A stretch of DNA of 64,000 bases from NCBI RefSeq assembly GCF_009914755.1, contig NC_060936.1. One strand, 5' to 3'. The DNA is from the human T2T-CHM13v2.0 reference genome, Homo sapiens. Below the pieces are notes generated by a model. The model was not told the origin of the DNA, did no database searches, and worked only from the letters and a program-made list of their open reading frames with translations. Both the position numbers and the translations under genes were made by a program. The first letter of the stretch is position 1. The number at the start of each line of letters is the position of its first letter. Shown here piece by piece: positions 34,773 through 50,179 of the stretch.

Positions 34773-35599
34773 CTCAGCTTCATTGTTGATAAACACTATA
34801 TTAGATAATGTAATAACTACAGAGGACTTCCCTGTCCTTCATCCCAGAAATAAGGCATAGGCATGACTAACTGATAGCACATCTGTGCTTCTAGAAGACT
34901 TACTGTAGAATCAGTGAATTACAGTGATTGAGCTCATAACATAAATAAAATGTCAACTACTTTTTAAAAGTATGTCCCATGTGCTGGGCACTGTGCTGAG
35001 GATGCAAATTCATGTAAGTCACTGGTGCTACACCTGCTATTCTTACCTACACAGCCTGACTTCAGGTGTGCATACTGCATTTCACAGTCCGATGACTTCC
35101 AAAGTCTCTTCTAACTTCAAGGACTACAGCTCTTGTTAGAGGGGATGTTTATCCTCTACTTTTGTTGATACTTCACACCCATGTATATAGGTTACTTTTA
35201 GTGGTATTATTGGGATGGGAAGGCTGGACTTGAGTTACCCAACTGTTTTGGGCTATAATCTGGCCCTTATATGGATCTAAGAGGCTTTGTTTTGCCTTAA
35301 GAATTTCCAGAGGTATACACAAATGTGTCAGGAACTCATAGGACATGCACACTATTGGTACATAGTAACTCTTTAGGCAAAAAGAGGGTCTCCTTGATGC
35401 TTTCCTTCTCCATAGGTGTGACATTTGCATCTAGGAATGGACATATTATTGTATAAATTAACGAATGTAACCAACGTATTAGGGAACTTCATTATGTGTT
35501 TATACTAAAGTCCAGTTTCTTCCTAAAAATCTTACCATAATTTATTTCATATCCTTACTTAAATGGATAGTGACTGTATACCAAGAACGATAGACAGTA

Positions 35600-35818
35600 A
35601 TCTGTGTTGTCCAATATGGTAAACATTAGCCATATGTGGCTATTTAAATTTAAACTTGAATGAATTAAAATTAAACGAAATTAAAAATTCAGTTGCACTA
35701 ATCACATTTCAAAAGCTTGGTAGCTGCAGGTTTCTAGTGGCTATAGGGAACGATAATGAACAGCACAAATATATAGCACGTTTCCATCATCACAGCAAGC
35801 TTTACTGGATAATACTGC
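35600..35818. mobile_element. MER3-like hAT-Charlie DNA transposon
   Basis: ctgtgttgtccaatatggta...agccatatgtggctattta...tttccatcatcacag...tactggataatactg. Confidence 0.7.
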
Positions 35819-35973
35819 ATCAAATTATCAAGCTTTGACTTGCATAAGAAAAATATTTTTTCTTTTCAGTTGAGTTCTTTTCCATGTTACATTTTTATTA
35901 CATTCAGTTTTCAGAAAAAATATGCAGTAAAATCTGAAATTACACATTTTTTTTTTCACTGTGCTACTTGCAG

Positions 35974-36197
35974 CCTATTGAAGACAAAGGAGAATTCAGT
36001 GTTCCAAGCTGTTATGGGAATATTAAAAATGACAACGGTGGTTCTAGTCTTACCTTTGAGCATCCTTTGGATGATGTAAATGTGGTTGATTTGAAATGGA
36101 TCCACGACTTTGTATTAAAATCTCTGGAAGTTTTATATCAAGTGGAAAAATGGGAAACACTAGTATCTCTTGCCATTCAGTTCAATACAGTTTCACA
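35974..36197 (+). CDS. CFAP54: CFAP54 exon E10, PIEDKGEFSVPSCYGNIKNDNGGSSLTFEHPLDDVNVVDLKWIHDFVLKSLEVLYQVEKWETLVSLAIQFNTVS
   Basis: acttgcag acceptor, gtaagt donor; 224 nt, phase 0 to 2. Confidence 0.92.
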
Positions 36198-36302
36198 GTA
36201 AGTACTGCTGTAAGGGCAATTAAAAGTAGAAGACTTCATTGAAAAAAAAAAAAGTCTTTTAACTAATGTTTTCTTTTTAATGTATTCTTTACCCCTGTCT
36301 AG

Positions 36303-36438
36303 TGAGAGGTATACAGAACAAGTGACACCACTTCTGGTGTATGCACAGCGCCAGCTTCTGCTGAGAATACAGAAGTTCAAGGGCCCAGATATTACCCAAC
36401 AACCTTGTGCAAGGTATGAGGCTGAATATGGAGAGAAG
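36303..36438 (+). CDS. CFAP54: CFAP54 exon E11, (H)ERYTEQVTPLLVYAQRQLLLRIQKFKGPDITQQPCARYEAEYGEK
   Basis: cctgtctag acceptor after a 105-nt intron, gtaagt donor; 136 nt, phase 2 to 0. Confidence 0.92.
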
Positions 36439-36647
36439 GTAAGTTTAAGTTAGTTCTATTATTCATGCTGTTGTGATTTCTAATTAGTCCACATATAAAA
36501 TACAAAGATTTAGAAGTCAGATAAATCTTATTATTTCTGCTTTAGTATTTCCACTTACTGGCATTTATCATTCAAATCAACAAACATTATTGAGAGCCTG
36601 CAGTCAAGGCAAACAGGAACTAAGTCCCTGTCCACAAGAAGTTCATA

Positions 36648-37747
<1,100 letters not shown>

Positions 37748-38610
37748 AATCAGGCAGAGAAAAGAGATAAGTACATTTTTCCATTGACTAATTTAACAAA
37801 GTGCATTGACTACCCAATCAGACCCATTGCATACAGTTGTACTGTGGGTGACCTGCCCAAGGGCCCCTGGCATACGTGGGGCCTGAAATCCAGCCCCTCC
37901 TTGCCACACCAGCCTATGTGCTTGAGGTGTTGCATCCAGCCAGCAAGGACTCAATTTTCTTCTTCTCACAAAGTTTCCTTATGGCCCAGTGGTAACCTTG
38001 CCTCCTGCATATTCTGTATGGTGAGAATACAGTTCTGAGTTCCTGTTTCATAAAGTTTAATTTCAGAGGGTTGGAAATAGGGCCAGAAAATAAACATGTA
38101 AACAGATGAGTAGAAAGACTTATAATCATTATAAGGTCTCTGAAGAAAATAAGTCAACGGACTAGAGATGAACTGGGTGAGAGGTGGTAACTTTAGTAAG
38201 GGTGATCTAGAAGACTTCTTGGAGATGATGGCATTTGATGAGAGGGGCCAGCCATACAGTGATCTAGGGAAAGAACATTGTAGCCCAAGAGAAAAAGAAT
38301 GGCCCATGCCCTGCAGTGGGACAGAAAGAAGGCCTGTATGGCTGAAGTGTAGCAAACAAGGGGCATGGGAGAAAGAGGAGGCTGCTCCTTCCGAGGATTT
38401 TTTGTTGCTTCTTCTTCTCCCCAGTGTCCCAATGTGAGTGTACCCCAAGACTATGTTCTTGGACCCCTTTTCTTCTCCATCCACATACTCTTCCATAGTG
38501 AGTTAATTCAATCTATGTCTCTAAGTACCATCTCTATCATGATGAATTTTGTAATTACATCTGCATTCTAGATCTTTCTCCTGAATTTTGTGTTGATATA
38601 TCTAACTGCC

Positions 38611-39926
38611 TATATCAGCCAAAGTTCAACCAGAAGAGCAAAACTAGTAAGACAAGTCTATCTTATCTCTGGAGGGGAAAAAATAAACTCAATGTCTCCC
38701 ACTATGCTCTTACATGATTCTGACACCAGATGTGTGGGGATTTCTCCCCACCACTAAGCAAGAAATCAGTTCTGCAGTGGACACCAGCTAGGTGTCTTTC
38801 AATGCAATTTCTATACAATCTACGTGGAGATAGCATCAGACCCCAGAGGTTGGGGGCTCTGTTCTGACTTCCAGTGTTGATCTCAAGCCCCAGGTTGTGA
38901 CCTGTGCTTCTGACTGACAGGTGACAAATTAGGGTTCTTATGACCCACTCCTTGGGTTCGATTAATTTGCTAGAGTGGCTCACAGAACTCAGAGAAACAC
39001 TTGCTTACATTCGCCAGTTTATTATAAAGAAAATCACAAAAGATACAGATGAAGAGATACATAGGGTGAGGCAGAGGGGAAGGGGCACAGAGCTTTCATG
39101 GATCCACCAGCCTCCGGGAACCTCCACATGTTCAGAAGCTCCCTAAACCCAGTCCTTTGGGTTTTTTTTGTTTAATGGAGGTTTCATTATGGAAGCATAA
39201 TTGATTAAATCATTGGCCATTGACAATCAGCTTAACCTTTCACCCCTCTCTTCTTTGCAGAGGTTGGGGAATAGGGCTGAAAGTTCTTATCCTGCCGTGG
39301 TCTTTCTGGTGAGCAGCCCCTATCCTGAAGCTACCTAGGGGTTGCCAGCCGTCAATCAACTTATTAGCATACAAAAAGATACCACTTTGGAGATTCCAAG
39401 GATTTTAGGAGTTGTATGTCAAGAAACAGGGACAAGACCAAATATATATTTTACAGTATCACATCTGTCTAGCTAGCTAGCTAGCTGGCTATCCATCAGA
39501 GGATTTACTACAAGAATTTGGCTTATATGATTGTGGAGGCCAGCTAAGCAAGCTTCAAATCCATAGGGCAGGCAGTCAGGATCATGAGCAGGAAGGAACC
39601 CCAGATGGACAGAGGCTGTTACTCATAGGCAGTCAGTGAGGGAAGATCCAGCCAGTAGAGGACAGTTGTAGAAGCAGCTGCTGCTGGTGTTTGAAGTCCT
39701 GGAGACTGCGGGCATGTTAGACTCATCTGCTTAGGTCAGGTCCACTGAGAGTAATCTCCCTTGTTTAAAGTCAATTTAATTAGTATCTGCAAAATCCCTT
39801 CACAGTAGCACCTAGTTTGATTGACTAACGGGGGTGAATTGTGTGTATGCCAGAAAGTAGATGCTTCCCTCTCTTTCCTCCTCATAGTTTAGCCCTAACC
39901 AAGTTGATCCATTAAAAAATCATCAC
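38611..39926 (-). mobile_element. MLT2-like LTR interrupted by a MER21-family LTR, inserted in L2
   Basis: tatatcagccaaagttcaaccaga...gaatttggcttatatgattgtggaggc...ccaagttga...catcaca. Confidence 0.6.
38665..39463 (-). mobile_element. MER21-family LTR
   Basis: ctgacaccagatgtgtgggga...aatttgctagagtggctcacagaactcagagaaacac...ggagattccaaggattttagga...tatcaca. Confidence 0.75.
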
Positions 39927-40295
39927 ACTGCCCAATCATCATCATTTCTTAGATGAAGAATACAATTTCTAAATTTAGCACATCTCAAACAAGCCTGTTC
40001 TGCTAAGTCTTCTTCAGTCAATGACAAGCCTCCTGTCCTGGCTGCCAGACACCTTGGAGACATCCCTGCCTCCTCTCTTGCTCTCACACCCCACTTCCAA
40101 CTGGTTACCAAGAGCTCTACCCTCAAAATACAATCCAAATTGGAGCACTGCTCGCTACCTCCAACACTCCCTCTTTAATTACTATAGAATGCACCTCACT
40201 ATTTGTTTATTATCCAAACCCTTGTTGTATTTGCTTGGGTTAATGCAGTGACTTCCTAATCACCCTGAACCCCACTTTCAGCCTATAATATATTC

Positions 40296-41170
<875 letters not shown>

Positions 41171-41922
41171 AGATCCGTTTAAGGAAGCTGGAGAAATAGA
41201 AAAGACTAGATCAAGTAAGGCCTTATGAGGTTGTGGGAAGAAATTTGTATTTTATTAGGCTGCATTTACTTCTCATTATAAAAGTACTACTCACAAGGGA
41301 CAATAAAGAAGAAGCATCTATATCAGACTGGGGTTCCAGGAGGACTGTATTTTGAGTGATAGGTTAGTTCAAGGGATGGGAGTGAAGAAATGAAGAGAAG
41401 AGGGTCTTGGGCCCTTTAAAATAATTTTTGTCTTTTTAAAACTTTTCTGTTTTCAGATATTTTATTATCTTAGGACTCATATCTGTTAGAAAATAAATTA
41501 TCAAAATACTACAGAGGAAGTTAGTTCTGAAAAACTTCACCAGGGAAAATAAAATTGCATTAATTATAAGTAGGGTGGAAAAATCTGCCATTGGGAAAGC
41601 AGATTATTTTTTAACTTATATAATGGAAGATATATTTAGACCAGTGAATTTATAGAATATTAGGAAATCATATTCTAATTGCTCTACATAATTTGCCTAA
41701 CGTTCTTCCAGCTGTGCTGTACAAAAGAAATATGAAAAATTATGGAGCTGCTTTTTTTCATGAAAGTTCTCATGATTAGACACTATTCTGCCAGCTTTTT
41801 TTGTAGCATTGTTATGTATCTCTTTATTCTGATAAATAAAAAATGAGAGAAACATTTCAAGTAAGCGAAATTTTTAACTATAAATACCCGACTAATATTT
41901 GTTTTCACCTTTCTTTTTAAAG

Positions 41923-42025
41923 ATAACTTGCCGAAATTTCATTGGGAAGCAGCTTAAGATTAATTCTTCAACCATTGAAGCAACAAGCAACTGCACAGAT
42001 TTGCTAAAAATGCTTATCTCTTCAG
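41923..42025 (+). CDS. CFAP54: CFAP54 exon E12, ITCRNFIGKQLKINSSTIEATSNCTDLLKMLISS
   Basis: ttctttttaaag acceptor, gtcaga donor; 103 nt, phase 0 to 1. Confidence 0.88.
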
Positions 42026-42222
42026 GTCAGAACCAATCTTAGCTTGAATGTTTGTTTTCTCTAAATCGAGGTTTGCCATTGTGTTCTGCATGTCAAACCT
42101 TCCATAATTAGTATGTTTGTAAAAATGTATTTTGCAGGTTTAGTTGACTAAAAATAATGCATTTGATTTTCGCCATCTTACGTTGCTATAAATGTTACTT
42201 AAGGGGGATTAAAACACATTTT

Positions 42223-42712
42223 ATTTATTTTTATTTTAAACTTTTAAGTGCAGGGGTCCATGTGCAGGTTTGTTACATAGGTAAACTTGTGTCATGGGGG
42301 CTTGTTTTACAGATTATTTTATCACCCAGCTGTTAAGCCTGGGACCCATTAGTGATTTTTCCTGATCCTCTCCATCCTCTTCACCCTCTGATAGGCCAGA
42401 GTGTGTGTTATTCTCCTCTATGTGTCCATGTGTTCTTATTATTTAGCTCCTACTTATAAGTGAGGACATGTGGTATTTGGTTTTCTATTCCTGCATTCAT
42501 TTCCTAAGGATAATGACCTGCAGCTCCATCCATGTTCCTGCCAAGGACATGATCTAATTCTTTTTTATGACTGCATAGTATTCCATGGTGTATATGTCTC
42601 ACATTTTCTTTATCCAGTCTATCATCGATGGGCATTTAGGTTCATTCCACTTCTTTGCTAATTGCTCTACATAATTTGTCTAATGTTCTTCCAGCTGTGC
42701 TCTACCAAGAAC

Positions 42713-42753
<41 letters not shown>

Positions 42754-42782
42754 TTTATAATAGAACAATTTATATTCCTTTG

Positions 42783-42817
<35 letters not shown>

Positions 42818-44100
42818 ATATATATCTATATATATCTATATATATATATATATGTATATCCCATAATGGGATTGCTAGGTCAAATGGTATTTCTGTCTTT
42901 AGGTCTTTCAGGAATTGCATCACTGTTTTCCACAATGGTTGAACTAATTTACACTCCCACTAACAATGTATAAGCGTTCCTTTTTCTCCACAACCTTGCC
43001 AGCATCTGTTGTTTTTTTACTTTTTACTAGCAGACATTCTGACTGGTGTGAGATGGTATCTCATTGTTGTTTTGATTTGCATTTCTCCAATGATCAGTGA
43101 TACTGAGCTTTTTTTCATATGATTGTTGGCCACATGTATGTTTTTTTTTTGAGAACTCTCTGTTCATGTCTTTTGCCCACTGTTTAATGGGGTTGTTTTT
43201 TTCTTGTAAATTTGCTTAAGTTCCTTATAGATGCTGGATATTAGACCTTTGTTGGATGCATAGTTTGGAAAAATTGTCTCCCACCATAGGGAGATATGTC
43301 TGTTTACAATGTTGATAGTTTCTTTTGCTGTGCAAAAGCTGTTTAGTTTAATTAGATCCCATTTGTCAATTTTTGCTTTTGTTGCAATTGCTTTTGACAT
43401 CTTCATCGTGAAATCTTTGCCTGTGCCTATGTCCTGAATGGTATTGCCTAGGTTGTCTTCCAGGGCTTCTATAGTTTTGGGTTTTGCAATTAAGTCTTTA
43501 ATCCATCTTGAGTTAGTTTATGTATATAGTGTAAGGAAGGGGTTTAGTTTCAATCTTCTATATGTGTCCAGCCAGTTATCCCAGCACCATTTATTGAATA
43601 GGGAATTTTTTTCCTATTGCTTGTTTTGTCAAGTTTGTTGAAGATTAGATAGTTTTAGATGTGCAGTCTTATTTCTCAGCTCTCTATTCTGTTCCACTGG
43701 TGTACGTGTCTCTTTTGTACCAGCACCATGCTGTTTTGGTTACTGTAGCCCTGTAGCATAGTTTTGAAGTCAGGTAGTGTGATGCCTCCAGCTTTGTCCT
43801 TTTTGCTTAGTATTATCTTGGCTATTCAGGCTCTTTTTTGGTTCCACATGAGTTTTCAAATAGGTTTTTCTTATTCTGTGAAGAATCTCAATGGTAGTTC
43901 AATAGGAATAGCAGTGAATCTCTAAATTGCTTTGGGCAATATGACTGTTTTAATGATATTGATTCTTCCTATCCATGAGCATGGAATGTTTTTCCATTTG
44001 TTTGTGTCATCTCTGATTTCTTTGAGCAGTGGTTTGTGGTTCTTTTAGAGACCTTTCACTTCCATATTTAGCTGTATTCCTAAATATTTTATTCTTTTTG
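42223..44100 (-). mobile_element. Older primate L1PA (about PA8-13), antisense and 5' truncated, with (TG)n and (TA)n expansions
   Basis: reverse L1 3' UTR and ORF2 (track ORF 43164-43406, [12 protein letters not shown]); degenerate TSD taaaacacatttt / taaaatgcatttt. Confidence 0.92.
42716..42853. repeat. (TG)n at 42716-42752 and (TA)n at 42785-42853
   Basis: read directly. Confidence 0.95.
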
Positions 44101-44422
44101 TAAAATGCATTTTTAAAAAGTTCAATCTGTAAGTTAGATAAGAGAAATAAAAGGAAAAGAGATATTGATAGGCAAAAACAAAGATGGAAAAAGGTTGTTT
44201 TGCACATTTTTGTCTTCTTTTTATCTTATTTATGAATGCTTTTGGTATTTGGCCTTTTGCTATTTTCCTTATTCTGTTTCAACTCCCATAATAGCTTCCA
44301 TTTCCATAATCAATATAGATTATTCTATTAGTTTTACTATGGTTAAGTTGTAGACCTTTTAACTAGAGCACAGGAGAAGATTTGGGAATGTCATGACTTC
44401 TTTGCTTTTAACTGATAAGCCC

Positions 44423-46690
44423 TGGATTAGTCAGTTCTCATGCTGCTCATAAAGACATACCTGGGACTGGATAATTTATAAACAAAAAGAGGTTTAATGA
44501 ATTCACAGTTCCAGATGGCTGGAGAGGCCACACAATCACGGAAGAAGGCAAAGGAGGAGCAAAGGCACATCTTACATGGCGGCAAGCTGGAGAGCATGTG
44601 CAGGGGAACTGCCCTTTATAAACCATCAGATATCGTGAGACTTATTCACTATCATGAGAACAACATGGGAAAATCCACCCCGATGATTCAGTTACCTCCC
44701 ACTGGGTCCCTCCCACCACATGTGGGGATTATGGAAGCTACAATTCAAGATGAGATTTGGGTGGGGACACAGCCAAACCATATCATTCTGCCCCTGACCC
44801 CTCCCAAATCTCATGTCCTCACATTTCAAAACCAATCATGCCTTCCCAACAGTCCCCCAAAGTTTTAACTTATTTCAGAATTAACTCAAAAGTCCACAGT
44901 CCAAAGTCTCATCTGAGGCAAGGCAAGTCCTTCAGCCTATGAGCCTGTAAAATCAAAAGCAAGTTAGTTACTTCCTAGATACAGTGGGGGTACAGGCATT
45001 GGACAAATACACCCATTCCAAATGGAGAAATTGGCCAAAACAAGTAAATCCAAAATCCAATAAGGCAGTCATTAAACCTTAAAGTTCCAAAATGATTACC
45101 CTTGACTCCATGTCTTACATCCAGGCCATGCTGATGCAAGAGGTGGGCTCCTACAGCCTTGTGGGTTTGCAGGGTATGGCCTCCCTCCCGGCTGCTTTCA
45201 CAGGCTGGTGTTGAGTGTCTGTGGCTTTTCTGTGCACACAGTGCAAGCTGTCACCGGATCTATCATTTTGAGGTCTGGAGGATGGTGGCCGTCTTCTCAC
45301 AGCTCCACTAGGCAGTACCCCAGTGGAGACTCTGTGTGGGGGCTCCAACCCCACATTTCCCTTCTGACTACCCTGACAGAGGTTCTCCATGAGGGACCCA
45401 CCCCTGCAGGAAACTTCTGCCTGGACATTCAGGTGTTTCCATATATCCTCTGAAATCTAGGTGGATGTCCCAAATCTCAGTTCTTGACTTCTGTGCACCT
45501 GCAGACTCAACACCATGTGGAAACTTCCAAAGCTTGGGGCTTGCACCCTCTGAAGCCATGGCCCGAGCTGTACCTTAACCCCTTCTAGCTATGGCTGGAG
45601 CAGCTGGGATGAAGGGCACCAAATCCCTAGGCTGCACACAGCAGTGGGGCCCTTGACCTGACCCAGGAAATCCTTTTTCTCTGGTAGGCCTTTGGGTCTG
45701 TGATGGGAGGGGCTGCTGCGAAGGTCTCTAACATGATGTGGAGACATTTTCCCCATTGCCTTGGTGAGTAACATTTGGATCCTTGTTACTTATGCAAATT
45801 TCTGTAGCCTGCTTGAATTTCTCCTCAGAAAATGGGTTTTTCTTTTGTACTGCATTGTCAGGCTGTAGATTTTCCCAATGTTTATGCTCTGTCACCTCTT
45901 GAACACTTTACTCCTTAGAAATTTCTTCTGCCAGATACACTAAATCATCTCTCAAGTTCAAAGTTCCACAGATCTCTAGGGCAGGGGCAAAATGCTGCCA
46001 GTCTCTTTGCATAGCAAGAGTGACCTTTACTCCAGTTTCCAACAAGTTCCTCATCTCCATCTGAGACCACCTCAGCCTGGACTTTGTTGTCCATATCACT
46101 ATCAACATTTTGGTCAAAGCCATTCAACAAGTCTCTAGGAAGTTCCAGACTTTCCCACATCTTCATTTCTTCTGAGCCCTGTAAATCTCTAGGAAGTTCC
46201 AAAGTTTCCCACAATTTCCTGTCTTATTCCGAGCCCTCCAAACTGTTCCAACCTCTGCCTGTTACCCAGTTCCATAGTTGATTTCACATTTTCAGGTATC
46301 TTTATAGCAGCACCCCACTACCTGGTACCAGTTTACTGTATTAGGCCATTCTCATGCTGCTAATAAAGACTTACCCAAGACTGGATAATTTATAAAGAAA
46401 AAGAAGTTTAGCAGACTCAGTTCCACGAGGCCTCACAATCATGGTGGAAGGAGAAGGAGGAGCAAAGGCACATCTTATATGGTGGCAGGCAAGAGAGTGT
46501 GTGCAGGGGAACTCCCATTTATAAAACCATCAGATCTCATGAGACTTATTCATTATCATGAGAACAGCAGGGGAAAAACCAACCCCCATGATTCAATTAC
46601 CTTCCACTGGGTTCTTCCCATGACACATGGGGATTATGGGAGCTACAATTCAAGATGAGATTTGGGTGGGGACATAGCCAAATTGTATTA
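44423..46690 (-). mobile_element. Complete THE1 (THE1C-like) MaLR provirus: LTR 44423-44785, internal region, LTR 46337-46690
   Basis: two homologous LTRs, THE1-int sequence, 5-bp TSD agccc at 44418-44422 and 46691-46695. Confidence 0.93.
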
Positions 46691-46899
46691 AGCCCTTTTG
46701 GAATGTTTTTGGCCATGCAGCTTGTAGGAATGATGCAATAGAATGAGATGAAAATGGAAATAATACTTTCTCTAAATTGCATTTTTCATGTGTCTCTGTT
46801 TCTGGTATCAAAAAGCCATGTAAGTCTTCCCTTTGAAGTGTTAGGATTCTTTCACTTATTCATCTGTTCATTTTATGTTTGTATATGCGTATAAATGTA

Positions 46900-48850
46900 A
46901 GCATTCATTCATTTATTTATGGAGCCAGTCAGCTAGTCATTCAGCAAACATTTACTGAGTATCTGCTATGTGTGAAGTGCCTGTACTAGGTACTGAGGAT
47001 ATAAAGATGAATAAGACTAAAGATTTGTTGCCCAGGAGTTTAGGGTCCATTAAAGGAGATGAATAAAAAACCCAGAGATTATAGTATAGAGTGATAAGAT
47101 ATGTAATGTTATTACTACTGCTGCTGCCATAAACAATAATAGTTAACAGCTAGCACCTGCTTTTGTGAGACTGCAAGAAATCCAGTGGGGCTAACAGCAA
47201 AGGAAAAGGCAAAAGCTGAGGTTAGAAAGGTTGGCAGAAATTAGATAATAAACTCTCTTAGAGGGAAGGATAGAGATCTAGTTTTATCTGGAGAACTGAG
47301 GGGAGCTAGTTAAAAGGATTTAAAGAAAGAAAGTGAAATGATCACATTGGCATTCTTTTCACTTGATCTTAGCCCAAAGGCCGAGAAGTGTTATATTTGC
47401 GTGTTTTTGAAAACCTTTGTCAGCTGCGTGGGAAACAGATTGAAAGGAGACCAAATGGAAGTAGGAGAGTGGCCACTGCTTTCTTGTGTCTTAAAGTAGA
47501 GATGATGAAAGCCTGGACTTGGGTGGTCAGCATAGAGGAGGGGACAGATGTGAAGGAGAGACAGAGGATGTCCACAGGACTGTGATCCACACTGGCTGGA
47601 GGTGGCAGATGGGTGAGGAAGGGAGGAGTTCAAGTCGCCTTGGTTTCTGGCTTGGGTAGCCAGATGGATGATGATGCCTTCACCCAGACAGGAAAACTGG
47701 AGAGGGGCAGGTTAGAGGAAAAGGTCGCTTTGGAATTACTTGCTTGGATTTAGTTCATCCAAACTTGGATGACAATGAGTAGAGCTATCCAGTGTATGGT
47801 TGGATATACTAATGCGGCACTCAGGAGAGAGCAGATTGGAGATTTGTATTTTAGTCATCAATGTATTGGTGGTGGTTGAAGTCAAGGGTTTGGATGAGGT
47901 CACCCAGGGAGAGTTACATGGAGCATAAACTTGAGGATGGCGTCCTGGATAGCACCAACATTTAGGAAGCTGCGTCAGTCAAAATAGGCTTCAGCTATAC
48001 AGCAGTAACAAACAAGTGTCATTGCTTTAACACAATGGAAAGTGTGTTTCCTGTGCATGCTACTGTGTTCAGTGAGGTTGAATCCTGGGCTGCTCATCAT
48101 GGTGGAATCTCCAGCTTGGTGCAAGCTTCCGTGGGTTGTTTCCAAGTCAGAAAACATAATTTTAATGTTATCTTCTAGGAGTGTATACAGAGAGGCATGT
48201 GGTGAACCCCTGTAGAGTCATGGGCTATGGGCACAGCCTTTGCTAGACCATATGTACATATACTGTATGCTTTATGTTAAGGGCTTTTCATGGATTATCA
48301 TGTTTAATTACTATAACAACCCCAATAAAAGAATTATAATTATGCATTGCACATCAGGGACTCTTATGAATGCTTTGTGAATATTAGCTTACAGTCACCT
48401 AATGAGGTAGGTTTGTTATTGTCTCTATTTTTCAGGCAGGAAAAAGATGTTGTAAATCTTGCTCTAGCTCTTAAAGCTGTGACTTGAAAGTGACACAGGT
48501 CATGTCTGTTGACATTTCATTGACCACAGTCACATGGCCACACCTAACTTCAAAAGGGGTAGACAAGTATGTTCCTATGCTGTACTCAAGATAAAGAGGT
48601 ACAGAGTGTGTGAAGGCCCTAATGACTGTCATGGGAACAAACAGAGGAAGAGCAGGACTTGAAAGAGATTGGGATGAGGCCTAAGAGCTGGGAAATGTAA
48701 CAGGAGAGTAGTATAAACAAGGCCAAGGCAAGAGACAGTGCTAAGGAAAAGGAAGCAGTCAACTATCATAGAGAGAGAGAAGTCACATAAGATGAGGAGG
48801 GACTGTTGTGTTTGGCAGTTTAGGTGGTCATTGTCACCGGCCTTTTTGCT
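46900..48850. mobile_element. L2 fragments with a nested MLT1-like LTR (about 47975-48630)
   Basis: cattcagcaaacatttactgagtatctgctatgtg; ggtttctggcttggg; agtcacatggccacacctaacttcaa. Confidence 0.6.
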
Positions 48851-49002
48851 GTGACACCGCCAGCATAGGGCCTTGTTCTAGCTGTTTTCTCTTCCTGAAA
48901 TGCTCTTTCTCAATTCAGATGTCTGACTAATGAGCTCATCATCTTCTTTATGTTGTTATGTACCTCTCATCTTTTCAATGAGGCTTACCCTGAGCATTCA
49001 GT

Positions 49003-49299
<297 letters not shown>

Positions 49300-49648
49300 T
49301 GAGCATTCAGTTTAAAACTGAACCCTGCCTGCTTCCTCCCAATTCCCTTTACTCTGCCATATGTTTTCTTTTTTTCTGAAGCACTTCTCACCATCTATTA
49401 TATGGTATAATTTAGGGGTTTTTTTTGTGTGTTTATTGATAACTAATCTGTTCCTCCTGATAAAACGTAAGCTTTATGAGGGCAGGGATTATTGTTTTGT
49501 TCACAGATATAACCCAGTTGTCTTCATCAGTGTCTGATATATAGTAGGAACTTAGTATCTCTTTGCTGAATGAATGACTTTGTGACCTTAGAAATGGTGG
49601 GGAGGGAGTATTTTGAGTGGTGCATGCAGCAGTGGTGAGCTGTACCTA

Positions 49649-50179
<531 letters not shown>

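Noticed and set aside
46131-46240. ~55-bp tandem duplication inside THE1-int
   Set aside because: I recall this duplication as part of the THE1 internal consensus, so it is probably not locus-specific; not verified.
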